IMG/VR virus record: IMGVR_UViG_3300020452_000389
Location: 1-54,940 of that record
DNA from: a virus
Lineage: Duplodnaviria > Caudoviricetes
Length of the DNA stretch: 54,940 nucleotides
Strand: one strand, 5' to 3'
The position numbers were made by a program, and so were the translations under genes. A model generated the notes under the pieces. It saw nothing but the letters and a program-made list of their open reading frames with translations. It had not been told where the DNA came from and did no database searches. This document shows, piece by piece, positions 1 to 8,231 of this stretch (position 1 is its first letter; every line of letters begins with the position of its first letter).

Positions 1-1
1 A

Positions 2-148
2 GAAGACACATGCTGTGAAAAATGGCTTGATGTTACAAGAAGAGAAACTATGGACGGAGCAGAAGCTGCAATTGATGCTTCTATTGAACATTACAAAAAA
101 CGTTTAGACTACGCTAAAGGTCCTAAAGTTGTTAAAACTTTTAAATAA
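2..148 (+). CDS. 3' end of a hypothetical phage protein (truncated by window edge)
   Basis: Open frame EDTCCEKWLDVTRRETMDGAEAAIDASIEHYKKRLDYAKGPKVVKTFK* ending TAA at 146-148. Confidence 0.75.
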   Translation, partial: EDTCCEKWLDVTRRETMDGAEAAIDASIEHYKKRLDYAKGPKVVKTFK

Positions 149-176
149 AATAAATTAAATTAAATCAAATTAAATC

Positions 177-1739
177 ATGTCAGACGCAATAGTCAAGAAC
201 CTAAGTTTTGGTAACGAAGCTAAGGATCAAATATTTAAAGGTATAGAAAAACTCACAAAAGCTGTTAGCTCCACTTTAGGGGCTAGCGGCAAGTGTGTAA
301 TAATGGAAGATGGAAAAGGTTATCCTATCATAACAAAAGATGGTGTAACAGTGGCTGATTCTATTATCTTACAAAATCCCATAGAAAATATGGGTGCAAC
401 TCTTTTAAAAGAAGCTGCAAGAAAAACAGTAAGAGAAGCTGGTGATGGTACTACCACAGCAACGGTATTAGCACATTCTATTTTAGAAGAAGCTTATAAT
501 GCACGCCCTGAAGATTCTATAAGAGGAATAAAAGAAGGTATAGAAAAAGTAACTAACAAAGTTATTAAATACTTAGAAAAAATATCAATACCAGTAACTG
601 GTAGTATGATTGATCAAATAGCAACTATATCTACTAACAACGATGAAAAGTTAGGTAAATTAATAGCTAACGCATTTAGAGAGGTTGGTGACACAGGTGT
701 GGTAACAATGGAGCCAACAGAAGGTGGTATTACAGAAATTGAAATTGTAGAAGGAGTTGAATACGGAAAAGGGTATGCTGATCCAAATTTTGTTACAAAT
801 AAAGAAAAAAATATAGTAGAACTAGAAAATCCTTTAGTTTTAATTATGGATTCTAAAATAGAATCAATAAGACAAGTTCAACCGGTACTTGAACATGTTA
901 TAAAAAATAATAAATCTTTATTGTTAGTTGGAGAAGTTCAAGCAGGAGTTTTATCTGCTTTGCTTATGAATAAAATGAAAGGAAATATAAAGATTAATGT
1001 TATAGATCCTCCAGTTTATGGATTAAGAAGAAAGGAAATATTAAATGATTTAGCTTTATTAACTAATTCTATAATAATAAATGAAGATTTAGGTGATGAT
1101 TTAAATGTTATTCAAGTTGATTATTTAGGTTCCTGTGTTAAAGCTACATCTACATCTGATCAAACTGTAATTCAAATTGAAGAAACTTCAGAAGAAGTAG
1201 AAGATATAATTAGCAAAATAAAACAAGATCTTAAGAAGAAAAACAAAGCTCATGTAGTTCATAGTTTAGAATTAAGATTAGCTAGATTATCTGCTAAAGT
1301 TGCAGTTGTTAAAATTGGTGCTAATTCAGCTATAGAATTAAAAGAAAAAACAGATAGAGTCGAAGACGCTATTTGTGCTACTAAAGCCGCTATAAAAGAG
1401 GGTATAGTTCCAGGGGGAGGAATTGCATTGCTTAACGCATCATATTCTATAAAACCTGAAAACACAGGTGAAGAAATATTGTTAAGAGCAATACAATCTC
1501 CATTTAAAACCATTCTTAGTAATGCTGGTATAAATCCAGATAAGCTAAACAGTAAGCAAAAAGTCGGAATAGGATTAGACGTAGTTACAGGAAATATGGT
1601 AAATATGGTTGATTCAGGAATTATCGATCCTTTACTAGTAACAAAAAGTGCATTAGTAAATGCGGCTTCTGTAGCTACTACAATATTATCTACTGATTGT
1701 GTAATTAATAATATGAGAATTGATGAAAGCAATAGGTAG
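177..1739 (+). CDS. groEL: Chaperonin GroEL (Cpn60)
   Basis: ITKDGVTVA, AGDGTTTATVLA, RVEDAICATKAA, GIVPGGG and GIIDP motifs; 520 aa; no C-terminal GGM tail. Confidence 0.98.
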   Translation: MSDAIVKNLSFGNEAKDQIFKGIEKLTKAVSSTLGASGKCVIMEDGKGYPIITKDGVTVADSIILQNPIENMGATLLKEAARKTVREAGDGTTTATVLAHSILEEAYNARPEDSIRGIKEGIEKVTNKVIKYLEKISIPVTGSMIDQIATISTNNDEKLGKLIANAFREVGDTGVVTMEPTEGGITEIEIVEGVEYGKGYADPNFVTNKEKNIVELENPLVLIMDSKIESIRQVQPVLEHVIKNNKSLLLVGEVQAGVLSALLMNKMKGNIKINVIDPPVYGLRRKEILNDLALLTNSIIINEDLGDDLNVIQVDYLGSCVKATSTSDQTVIQIEETSEEVEDIISKIKQDLKKKNKAHVVHSLELRLARLSAKVAVVKIGANSAIELKEKTDRVEDAICATKAAIKEGIVPGGGIALLNASYSIKPENTGEEILLRAIQSPFKTILSNAGINPDKLNSKQKVGIGLDVVTGNMVNMVDSGIIDPLLVTKSALVNAASVATTILSTDCVINNMRIDESNR

Positions 1740-1983
1740 AAATTTAATTATACAAAAAATTGAACAAGGCACTACTAAAACCGAAGGTGGTTTATTATTA
1801 GCTGAACTTCATAAAGATGACATTAGGTATATAAAAGCTACTGTTGTTGATGTGGGTGAGGAAATAAAAGGGCTTAAAAAAAACGATATAATATTTTATG
1901 ATAAACACGCTGGTCATAAAATTGAAATAGAAGAAAATATTTATCACGTTATAAAAGTTCAAGACGTGGTTGTTGTTTTGTGA
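1723..1983 (+). CDS. groES: Co-chaperonin GroES (Cpn10)
   Basis: Mobile loop TKTEGGLLL, ATVVDVG, DIIFYDK, C-terminal QDVVVVL; overlaps the groEL stop. Confidence 0.93.
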   Translation: MKAIGRNLIIQKIEQGTTKTEGGLLLAELHKDDIRYIKATVVDVGEEIKGLKKNDIIFYDKHAGHKIEIEENIYHVIKVQDVVVVL

Positions 1984-2420
1984 AAAGGCTAGATGCATCA
2001 GACTTAAAAAATCTGAATTTGTTAAAACACTACCGTATAATACGCAAGTGGGCTTCCAAAAACAACAACCTTAGAGAAGCAGATCTAGAATTATTAATAT
2101 ATCTAGATTGTATAGATTTGTTTACTAAAAAAGATTTTGAATTAGGAGTTTACTCTTATAGCTGGGATAATAGACGATGGAGTAGATTGATTAAAAACGA
2201 CTGGATAAAAGTTTGGAGAACTAGAAATAGAACTACTCAAAAATATAATATTTATAAAGTATCTTTTAAAGGTAAACAACTTATAAATAGAATATATAAA
2301 ATAATGTTAAAAGAAGAAGAGCTTCCTACTAGCATTAGAAGAAATAAAATTATGAAAGGTAATTCATATATGGATAAAGTTATGATTACCTCTATTAAAA
2401 ACGTAAACAAGGATATATGA
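1980..2420 (+). CDS. Hypothetical protein, possible winged-helix DNA-binding protein
   Basis: 146-aa basic ORF; RLIKNDWI...NIYKVSFKGKQLI resembles a wHTH wing. Confidence 0.6.
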   Translation: MKRLDASDLKNLNLLKHYRIIRKWASKNNNLREADLELLIYLDCIDLFTKKDFELGVYSYSWDNRRWSRLIKNDWIKVWRTRNRTTQKYNIYKVSFKGKQLINRIYKIMLKEEELPTSIRRNKIMKGNSYMDKVMITSIKNVNKDI

Positions 2421-2776
2421 TAAATTTAGCACAATCAGCTCTAGGAATTGGATCAATAGGACGCTCAATTTCTTCTCAAGGTAGAAGCGGTTTTGAAACA
2501 AATGTTATAACAAAACTAGATAGCATAGAAAATAAACTAGGTGGTAATGATAGTGGTGCTATGCCAGTTGAACAACCGCCAGCGATGCCAGTAGGTAACT
2601 TAGGTGGTAACTTAGCTCAACCAGATCCTGTATTACCAGAAATACAAAACACAGGTGGTGGCGATGTAACTCCTATGGAAGGGGGTTTTGACCCTACTAC
2701 ACAACAAGTAGCAAATGATATATACGGGGGAGATCTCGAAAAATCAATGGCTTTACAAAGCAGATCATTAATTTAA
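2417..2776 (+). CDS. Hypothetical protein (Pro/Gly-rich)
   Basis: ATGA-coupled ORF of 119 aa. Confidence 0.7.
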   Translation: MINLAQSALGIGSIGRSISSQGRSGFETNVITKLDSIENKLGGNDSGAMPVEQPPAMPVGNLGGNLAQPDPVLPEIQNTGGGDVTPMEGGFDPTTQQVANDIYGGDLEKSMALQSRSLI

Positions 2777-2787
2777 AAATAAAAATT

Positions 2788-3003
2788 ATGCACAATAAAA
2801 AATACGATCCAGCAATGGAAGAATTAAAACCTGGAAAACACGTTGGTATCGTGGGTGAATCTCACATATGGGATGGGCCACTAGATCAAGCAGGTAGACA
2901 ACACGGTATGGGCTCAAGCTCAGGAATAACAGGTATGCAAGTGTTAAAAGCTCCGGTACCGTATAAACCTCTTAATGCCGTTTTGTGCGCTCAAAGAGAT
3001 TAA
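2788..3003 (+). CDS. Hypothetical protein
   Basis: 71-aa ORF with A-rich leader. Confidence 0.7.
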   Translation: MHNKKYDPAMEELKPGKHVGIVGESHIWDGPLDQAGRQHGMGSSSGITGMQVLKAPVPYKPLNAVLCAQRD

Positions 3004-3015
3004 AACAATATAAAA

Positions 3016-3588
3016 ATGGGATTATTTAGAACACAAGATTCGATCATAGGTAAAGCTATGCCTTTAACAGGTTTAGTTGGTGCCCCAAATGCTTTGCCCG
3101 CTTGGGTATTTCAAAATAAAACAGGAGTATTAGGTAACTTTTTAGACAGTTCAGTATTATACGTAGGTGTTGCTGGAGATGTATCTGTTATATTATCAGG
3201 TACTAGTTTAAATTCTGTTAGTACATTAAGTATTTTAAGTGGAGGTACTAGTTATTCAAATGCATCAAATTTAGCAACTACTTGTTCTAGTAACTTAGCA
3301 CAAGGATTAACCGTAACTATAACTGTAAATGCTGGTGTTGTTGATTCAATAGCAATAGGTAATGCTGCTGGTTCTGGTTACAATGTAGGTGATATTGTCA
3401 CAATAACACAAGGTGGTTCAGGAGGTAATGCTACCGCAACTATAACAGCTGTTAATAATGGTGTTCCTGTTTCTGCACAAGCATTAACATTTAAAGGAGT
3501 GCAAGCTGGTACAATATTACCAGTTGCTGTAGATTATGTAACTGCTTTAAACACTGTAACTGCCGCAGATATAATGGTAGGTAGATAA
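3016..3588 (+). CDS. Probable virion decoration/head-spike-base-like protein with an inserted beta-rich domain
   Basis: LYVGVAGDVSV and FKGVQAGTILPVAVDYV flank a G/S/T/N-rich GGTSY...GSGYNVGD insert. Confidence 0.55.
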   Translation: MGLFRTQDSIIGKAMPLTGLVGAPNALPAWVFQNKTGVLGNFLDSSVLYVGVAGDVSVILSGTSLNSVSTLSILSGGTSYSNASNLATTCSSNLAQGLTVTITVNAGVVDSIAIGNAAGSGYNVGDIVTITQGGSGGNATATITAVNNGVPVSAQALTFKGVQAGTILPVAVDYVTALNTVTAADIMVGR

Positions 3589-3839
3589 TGGGAAATTTTT
3601 TATTAACCAGACTTAGAGGTGCTGGTAAATCAATTACTGAGATAAGAGAAGAGCCTGGTAAAAGTAACGCGGGAAAATATCCTAATGTATCACCAAATGA
3701 TTTTGCTGGTCCAGATGGAACTTACCCTATCAATACTTTAGCAAGAGCTAAATCAGCTTTAAAACTAGCACACAATGCTTCTAATCCTGAAGCAATTAAA
3801 AAGAAGGTGTTTGCAAAATACCCAGAATTAAAATCTTAA
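3588..3839 (+). CDS. Small phage protein (DUF6582-like pattern)
   Basis: FAGPDGTYPINTLARAKSALKLAH...VFAKYPEL. Confidence 0.55.
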   Translation: MGNFLLTRLRGAGKSITEIREEPGKSNAGKYPNVSPNDFAGPDGTYPINTLARAKSALKLAHNASNPEAIKKKVFAKYPELKS

Positions 3840-3842
3840 ATT

Positions 3843-4079
3843 ATGAGTTATAATAAAAAAGGACATTACGGACATTATAGTGGAAACGCTAAACATTCAA
3901 GAGTTACAAATTATAATATGGATGCTACTAAACGTGACGACGAAGCACACATGCAATATCTTAAAGAAGATATAAAGTATGACGACAAGCACGGTCACAG
4001 TGATATAGATATGACAGCTGATGAAAAACATATTTCTAAATTAGCTGGAGATCTTAAGTATGATGAAAAACATCATTAA
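3843..4079 (+). CDS. His/Asp/Lys-rich small protein with an internal duplication
   Basis: DDEAHMQYLKEDIKYDDKH and ADEKHISKLAGDLKYDEKH. Confidence 0.75.
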   Translation: MSYNKKGHYGHYSGNAKHSRVTNYNMDATKRDDEAHMQYLKEDIKYDDKHGHSDIDMTADEKHISKLAGDLKYDEKHH

Positions 4080-4105
4080 AATAAACAGAGTAAACTGCAA
4101 ATCAA

Positions 4106-4151
4106 AACATTTAACATTTAACATTTAACATTTAACATTTAACATTTAACA
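4106..4151 (+). repeat. Perfect heptamer tandem repeat (AACATTT)x6.5
   Basis: Read directly; ends 8 nt before the ATG at 4160. Confidence 0.95.
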
Positions 4152-4159
4152 AAAAAATC

Positions 4160-4450
4160 ATGGCAAATTACATTAAAATTAAAGCAGCAGATATAAATGT
4201 TGCTAATCAAACTTCAGACGTACTAATTGGAAACGTTGATTCTGTTTACCAAGGACTAGCAAACGGGGGTGGAGATGCTAACAAATTCACAGTTTATGCT
4301 GATGGAAAAAGCTATTTATTTACAGTTACTGCAAAAGGTAAAGAGTGGGCTGATCAATTTATTTCAGCTGTTACGGCTAACCCAGGTGGTATTATGTCAA
4401 TCGTACAAAATGACACAGGCGTAAAAGTAACCGCTATAGTTGTAGCATAA
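4160..4450 (+). CDS. Hypothetical protein, possibly structural
   Basis: 96-aa A/G/V/T-rich ORF. Confidence 0.75.
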   Translation: MANYIKIKAADINVANQTSDVLIGNVDSVYQGLANGGGDANKFTVYADGKSYLFTVTAKGKEWADQFISAVTANPGGIMSIVQNDTGVKVTAIVVA

Positions 4451-4452
4451 TT

Positions 4453-4608
4453 ATGCAATCTCAAGGATTAGGCGATAGTATAGCTAAATTCACGGAAAAA
4501 ACAGGGATTAAGACCGTTGTAGAAAAAGTCTCTAACGGTCTTAATATTCCTTGTGGTTGTAAAAGTCGTCAAACATGGTTTAACGAAAAGTTTCCTTATA
4601 AAAAATAA
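4453..4608 (+). CDS. Small phage protein with GLGD...CGC motif (not in the ORF track)
   Basis: MQSQGLGDSIAKFTEKTGIKTVVEKVSNGLNIPCGCKSRQTWFNEKFPYKK*; fills the gap exactly. Confidence 0.8.
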   Translation: MQSQGLGDSIAKFTEKTGIKTVVEKVSNGLNIPCGCKSRQTWFNEKFPYKK

Positions 4609-4609
4609 T

Positions 4610-4975
4610 ATGGCATTTAAATTAAAACCTCCTTTTAACCTAGATCTTTTAAGCACATCAATGTTCGAAAGAGATATGGAGGGTGATCCGGTTCACGCTA
4701 GAACACCTAAAAACGGGGTTATTATTTTAAATGAAGATTCATTTTCTATGGATAAAGATCCAAAGGAAAAATTAAAAACCATTGTTCATGAACTTGAACA
4801 TGTACGACAATACAAATCCGGTGATTTAGACTATGGTTATAATGGTGCAGGCAAAGAAGTAGTATGGTGGAAGGGTAAAGAATATGATTACTCTAAAATG
4901 GCTTCTGGAGATCCAAACCAACCTTGGGAAAAAAAACCTTATCAGTTAGAAAAAAAATTAGATAAAAACACTTAA
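4610..4975 (+). CDS. Zincin-like metallopeptidase
   Basis: IVHELEHVRQY (HExxH) with downstream PWEK; start moved to MAFKLKPP at 4610. Confidence 0.75.
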   Translation: MAFKLKPPFNLDLLSTSMFERDMEGDPVHARTPKNGVIILNEDSFSMDKDPKEKLKTIVHELEHVRQYKSGDLDYGYNGAGKEVVWWKGKEYDYSKMASGDPNQPWEKKPYQLEKKLDKNT

Positions 4976-4988
4976 TAAATTAAAACAA

Positions 4989-5648
4989 ATGAATAAAAAT
5001 TACAGAGGTCCTGCTGAATCAAAAGAACTTTCAGAAGACGGGCCAGCAATCGATCAAGCAGACAAAGGTTCTGCTAAACACAAAAAAATGCACAAAGGTT
5101 CTGCTAAATACAAAAAAGGTAGTGCAGATTACGATGTGAAAAAAGGTTCTCATGAGCATCCTCATGGTGCAGCTCAAAGCGATGAAGAGATTTTGAAAAT
5201 GCGCGATGCACATAACAGAATCCTTCAGTATGGAAAAGATACTAAAGCAAAATTGGAAGAAGATGCCACAAGAGCAAGAAATGATTTTTACAACGCAGGA
5301 ATACTAGATTCTATTAATCTGGAAAAAGCTGGGAAAGGTAAAACAGCAAAAGATATATATGGTGAAAACTATGGTCAAAAGGAAGGAAATAGTAAGTCAA
5401 GTTACGATGTAAAAAAAGACATGAGTGATGACAAAAAAAATCAAATTTTAGAAGATTATAAAGCATCTGAATTTTATTCAGGACCAGGTAAAATGGGTTA
5501 TACTCAAAACTTTGGACCAGCTAGACAAAATGGTTACGCAAAAGGCGCGGCTAAAGTCAATGAAATAATGGGTAAAGGTTCTTCAAGACAAAAGTACGGT
5601 GGAAATAAAGGAGACGAGTCTAGAAGCAAGAAAGATTACGAAGGATAG
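4989..5648 (+). CDS. Low-complexity basic protein with repeated G-[P/S/A]-A motifs
   Basis: KGSAK repeats; ACAAAGGTTCTGCTAAA at 5062 and 5092. Confidence 0.75.
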   Translation: MNKNYRGPAESKELSEDGPAIDQADKGSAKHKKMHKGSAKYKKGSADYDVKKGSHEHPHGAAQSDEEILKMRDAHNRILQYGKDTKAKLEEDATRARNDFYNAGILDSINLEKAGKGKTAKDIYGENYGQKEGNSKSSYDVKKDMSDDKKNQILEDYKASEFYSGPGKMGYTQNFGPARQNGYAKGAAKVNEIMGKGSSRQKYGGNKGDESRSKKDYEG

Positions 5649-5651
5649 AAA

Positions 5652-5861
5652 ATGAAAATATCAAAAACAGGGTACTTAAAAAATAGTCCTGATGTTAATA
5701 GAAAACAAAACTTAATTCCTAGCAATAAAATTACTATGAAGGGTGTTGAGTATAAAGTTAAAGGTGTTGACAACAGGGGTTATACTACTATTATGTATCC
5801 TGGTTATGATTATATTTTTCCTAATGGAACACACGTTTTAGAAACAAAATTAGATGAGTAA
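5652..5861 (+). CDS. Small hypothetical phage protein
   Basis: GYLKNSPD...ITMKGV...MYPGYDYIFP. Confidence 0.75.
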   Translation: MKISKTGYLKNSPDVNRKQNLIPSNKITMKGVEYKVKGVDNRGYTTIMYPGYDYIFPNGTHVLETKLDE

Positions 5862-6315
5862 GCCAAAAAAGAAATTCACAGAAACTACTGTAGGTAAACT
5901 TTTATTTGGTGCTGCATCAATAGTAAATCCTACGTTAGGTAATGTACTTAAAGGAGTAACATCACCAGGAGAAGCTATAGCCGCTATAGGTAAATCAGAT
6001 GCTAGTAGTGAAGATAAAATTAAACTACAACAATTGATACATGAGCAGCAGAATAAAGAAATGCAGGCTATTACTTCTAGATGGGAAGCAGATTCAAAAT
6101 CAGATTCATGGCTTTCAAAGAATGTACGTCCGATGGTTTTAATCTGGTGTATTGTAGTTTTTTCAATAGCTGGTATATTTGATAGTATAGAAACTATACC
6201 TTTTGCTATTCATGATAATTGGAATGATACTTTTGAAAAAGTTATGATGAGTGTTATTTTAGCTTACTTTGGCGGACGAAGTGGAGAAAAGGTTACAAGT
6301 ATATTTAAAAAGTAA
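5854..6315 (+). CDS. Holin-like membrane protein (GTA 3TM-holin type)
   Basis: RWEADSKSDSWLSKNVRP followed by TM segments and AYFGGRSGEK. Confidence 0.7.
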   Translation: MSKPKKKFTETTVGKLLFGAASIVNPTLGNVLKGVTSPGEAIAAIGKSDASSEDKIKLQQLIHEQQNKEMQAITSRWEADSKSDSWLSKNVRPMVLIWCIVVFSIAGIFDSIETIPFAIHDNWNDTFEKVMMSVILAYFGGRSGEKVTSIFKK

Positions 6316-6324
6316 ATAAAATCT

Positions 6325-6337
6325 GTAACTATATTAT
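6325..6337 (+). promoter_or_regulatory. Putative phage promoter motif GTRAYWATAWTAW (copy 1)
   Basis: GTAACTATATTAT; four intergenic copies, each oriented with local transcription. Confidence 0.45.
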
Positions 6338-6700
6338 ATGAGTGCTTATAGAAATAAAATAAACAAAAGATTAAAAAGAAAAGCTCAGCTACGTGGAGTT
6401 GCACAAGCTCAAGATGGCATATCCGGTTTTGGTCCTCGAGTAAACACCGTAGATCAAGATGAGGTAAAAGAAGCAGCTTTTAATTGGTGGCTAGGTCAAG
6501 ATTTAAATGCAATTCCTGGTGTAGAACCAAGTTCTAATAAAAAAACTCAATTTGAGTCAAAGTGGACGCGAAGAGAGCAATTTGATTTAGAGCAACAACA
6601 AAGACAGTGGGATATGGTTCCAACAATTAACCCTAGACCTACAAAACAATCAACAATGAATGAAAGAAACAAGAAACAAACTTGGCTTTCACAAGGATAA
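6338..6700 (+). CDS. Hypothetical protein
   Basis: 120-aa ORF. Confidence 0.65.
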   Translation: MSAYRNKINKRLKRKAQLRGVAQAQDGISGFGPRVNTVDQDEVKEAAFNWWLGQDLNAIPGVEPSSNKKTQFESKWTRREQFDLEQQQRQWDMVPTINPRPTKQSTMNERNKKQTWLSQG

Positions 6701-6725
6701 ATAAAATTAAATATAATTAAATTAA

Positions 6726-6908
6726 ATGAAAAATAAACTTAAAATAATTGCTTTAAGTATTGTAACTGTTGTATGTGCCTATACTATAGGTTATACAAAA
6801 GCAGAAAAAAAAATACTAACAATGATATTAGATGAAAACCATCATCCAGAGCTTAAAGCAAAAATAGACTATCATCTGGAAAATAACTTTAAAGAATCAA
6901 CTAAATAA
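6726..6908 (+). CDS. Small membrane-anchored protein
   Basis: Basic N-terminus followed by hydrophobic IIALSIVTVVCAYTIGY. Confidence 0.65.
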   Translation: MKNKLKIIALSIVTVVCAYTIGYTKAEKKILTMILDENHHPELKAKIDYHLENNFKESTK

Positions 6909-6924
6909 ATTAAATTAAATTAAA

Positions 6925-7176
6925 ATGGAAGAACAAAAATTAAAAATAACCGACGAACAGTTAAAAGAAGTTCAAGAATCTCAAACAAAAGTAAGTCAAG
7001 TATTAAACCAAATTGGTTTTCTTGAAATACAAAAAAGTGCTCTTAAAGTAGAGTTTAATAAAGTAAACGATGAAGCTGAAGAAGTTAAGAAGAAACTTGA
7101 AGAAGAGTATGGACCAATTAACATTAATTTATCTTCAGGTGAGTACACTGTTGTTGAGGTAAAAGAAGAAGAATAA
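6925..7176 (+). CDS. Small coiled-coil protein
   Basis: Heptad-rich helix ending EEEYGPININLSSGEY. Confidence 0.8.
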   Translation: MEEQKLKITDEQLKEVQESQTKVSQVLNQIGFLEIQKSALKVEFNKVNDEAEEVKKKLEEEYGPININLSSGEYTVVEVKEEE

Positions 7177-7178
7177 AA

Positions 7179-7406
7179 GTGGATAACGTTGTAAGAAAAA
7201 TCAGTATTGGATCTGATTATAAAAATGATGCTATGCATTATTCTATAGGTCAACAGGTTTATGGAGGGCATGAGATTGCTTATATTATTCATGATACTAA
7301 AGATTCATCTTACAATATTCATATAAGAAAAGGAGATGAAATATTGCCATGGAAAAAATTTAATTCTAACATGGCAATATCCATCGAATATGACTTAGAG
7401 TATTGA
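7179..7406 (+). CDS. Hypothetical phage protein
   Basis: RKISIGSDYKNDAMHYSIGQ...WKKFNSNMAISIEY; GTG start. Confidence 0.75.
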   Translation: MDNVVRKISIGSDYKNDAMHYSIGQQVYGGHEIAYIIHDTKDSSYNIHIRKGDEILPWKKFNSNMAISIEYDLEY

Positions 7407-8011
7407 TGCAAAGTTTATATGACTTTATAGTAGAACCATTTGGTAATACTTATGAAAACGAAATAGAGATAGAAAACGTTAAAATAATATTAAACACTAA
7501 GATTGAAAGTTTTAAATTCGTAAACAATGTAGCTAAAGTAATCGAAGTTCCTTTAGCTTTTAAAACTGAAATAAAAAAAGGTGATTTAATTTTAATACAT
7601 CATAATGTTTTTAGAACTTTCTATAACATGAAAGGTGTAAAGAAAAAATCAAGATCTTTTTTTAAAGATAATCAATATTTTTGCTCTTTAGATCAAGTTT
7701 ATTTATATAAAAGAAATTCAAAATGGATGTCAGTAAATGACAGATGTTTTATAAAACCTTTAAAAAACAAAAGTAAATTTAAGGTTGCAAAAGAGCAAAG
7801 TCTTATTGGTATATTAAAAATAGGTAATAGCTCATTAGAAGCGCTAGGAATACACGAGGGAGACACTGTAGGTTATACACCATATGGTGAATATGATTTT
7901 ATTGTAGATAAAGAGCGTTTGTATTGTATGAAATCAAATGATATTGTAATTAAATATGGAGATAAAGAAAACCAAGCTGAGTATAATCCAAGCTGGGCAA
8001 GTAGCGGTTAA
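7406..8011 (+). CDS. Tandem GroES-fold protein
   Basis: Both halves follow the Cpn10 pattern (NDRCFIKP...GILKIG...EGDTVGY...MKSNDIV). Confidence 0.6.
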   Translation: MQSLYDFIVEPFGNTYENEIEIENVKIILNTKIESFKFVNNVAKVIEVPLAFKTEIKKGDLILIHHNVFRTFYNMKGVKKKSRSFFKDNQYFCSLDQVYLYKRNSKWMSVNDRCFIKPLKNKSKFKVAKEQSLIGILKIGNSSLEALGIHEGDTVGYTPYGEYDFIVDKERLYCMKSNDIVIKYGDKENQAEYNPSWASSG

Positions 8012-8231
8012 AGAATTAATTAAAGTTGCAAAAGAACCTATTATAGATTTTGGCCCAGATATTTCCGCTGATCGTTTAAAAAACGCAGCAGCTACTAAAA
8101 AGTTAGCTATATTTGATGCTTTTGAAATCTTACAAAGAATACAAGAAGAAGAAAGTATATTAAACGAAAAACCTAAAGAAGTTAAAGAAGAAAAAACTTT
8201 TAGAGGTTTTGCTGAAGGAAGATCTAAGTAA
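7956..8231 (+). CDS. Putative terminase small subunit or packaging-associated protein
   Basis: Helical 91-aa ORF translationally coupled (TAATG) to terL. Confidence 0.5.
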   Translation: MEIKKTKLSIIQAGQVAVKELIKVAKEPIIDFGPDISADRLKNAAATKKLAIFDAFEILQRIQEEESILNEKPKEVKEEKTFRGFAEGRSK

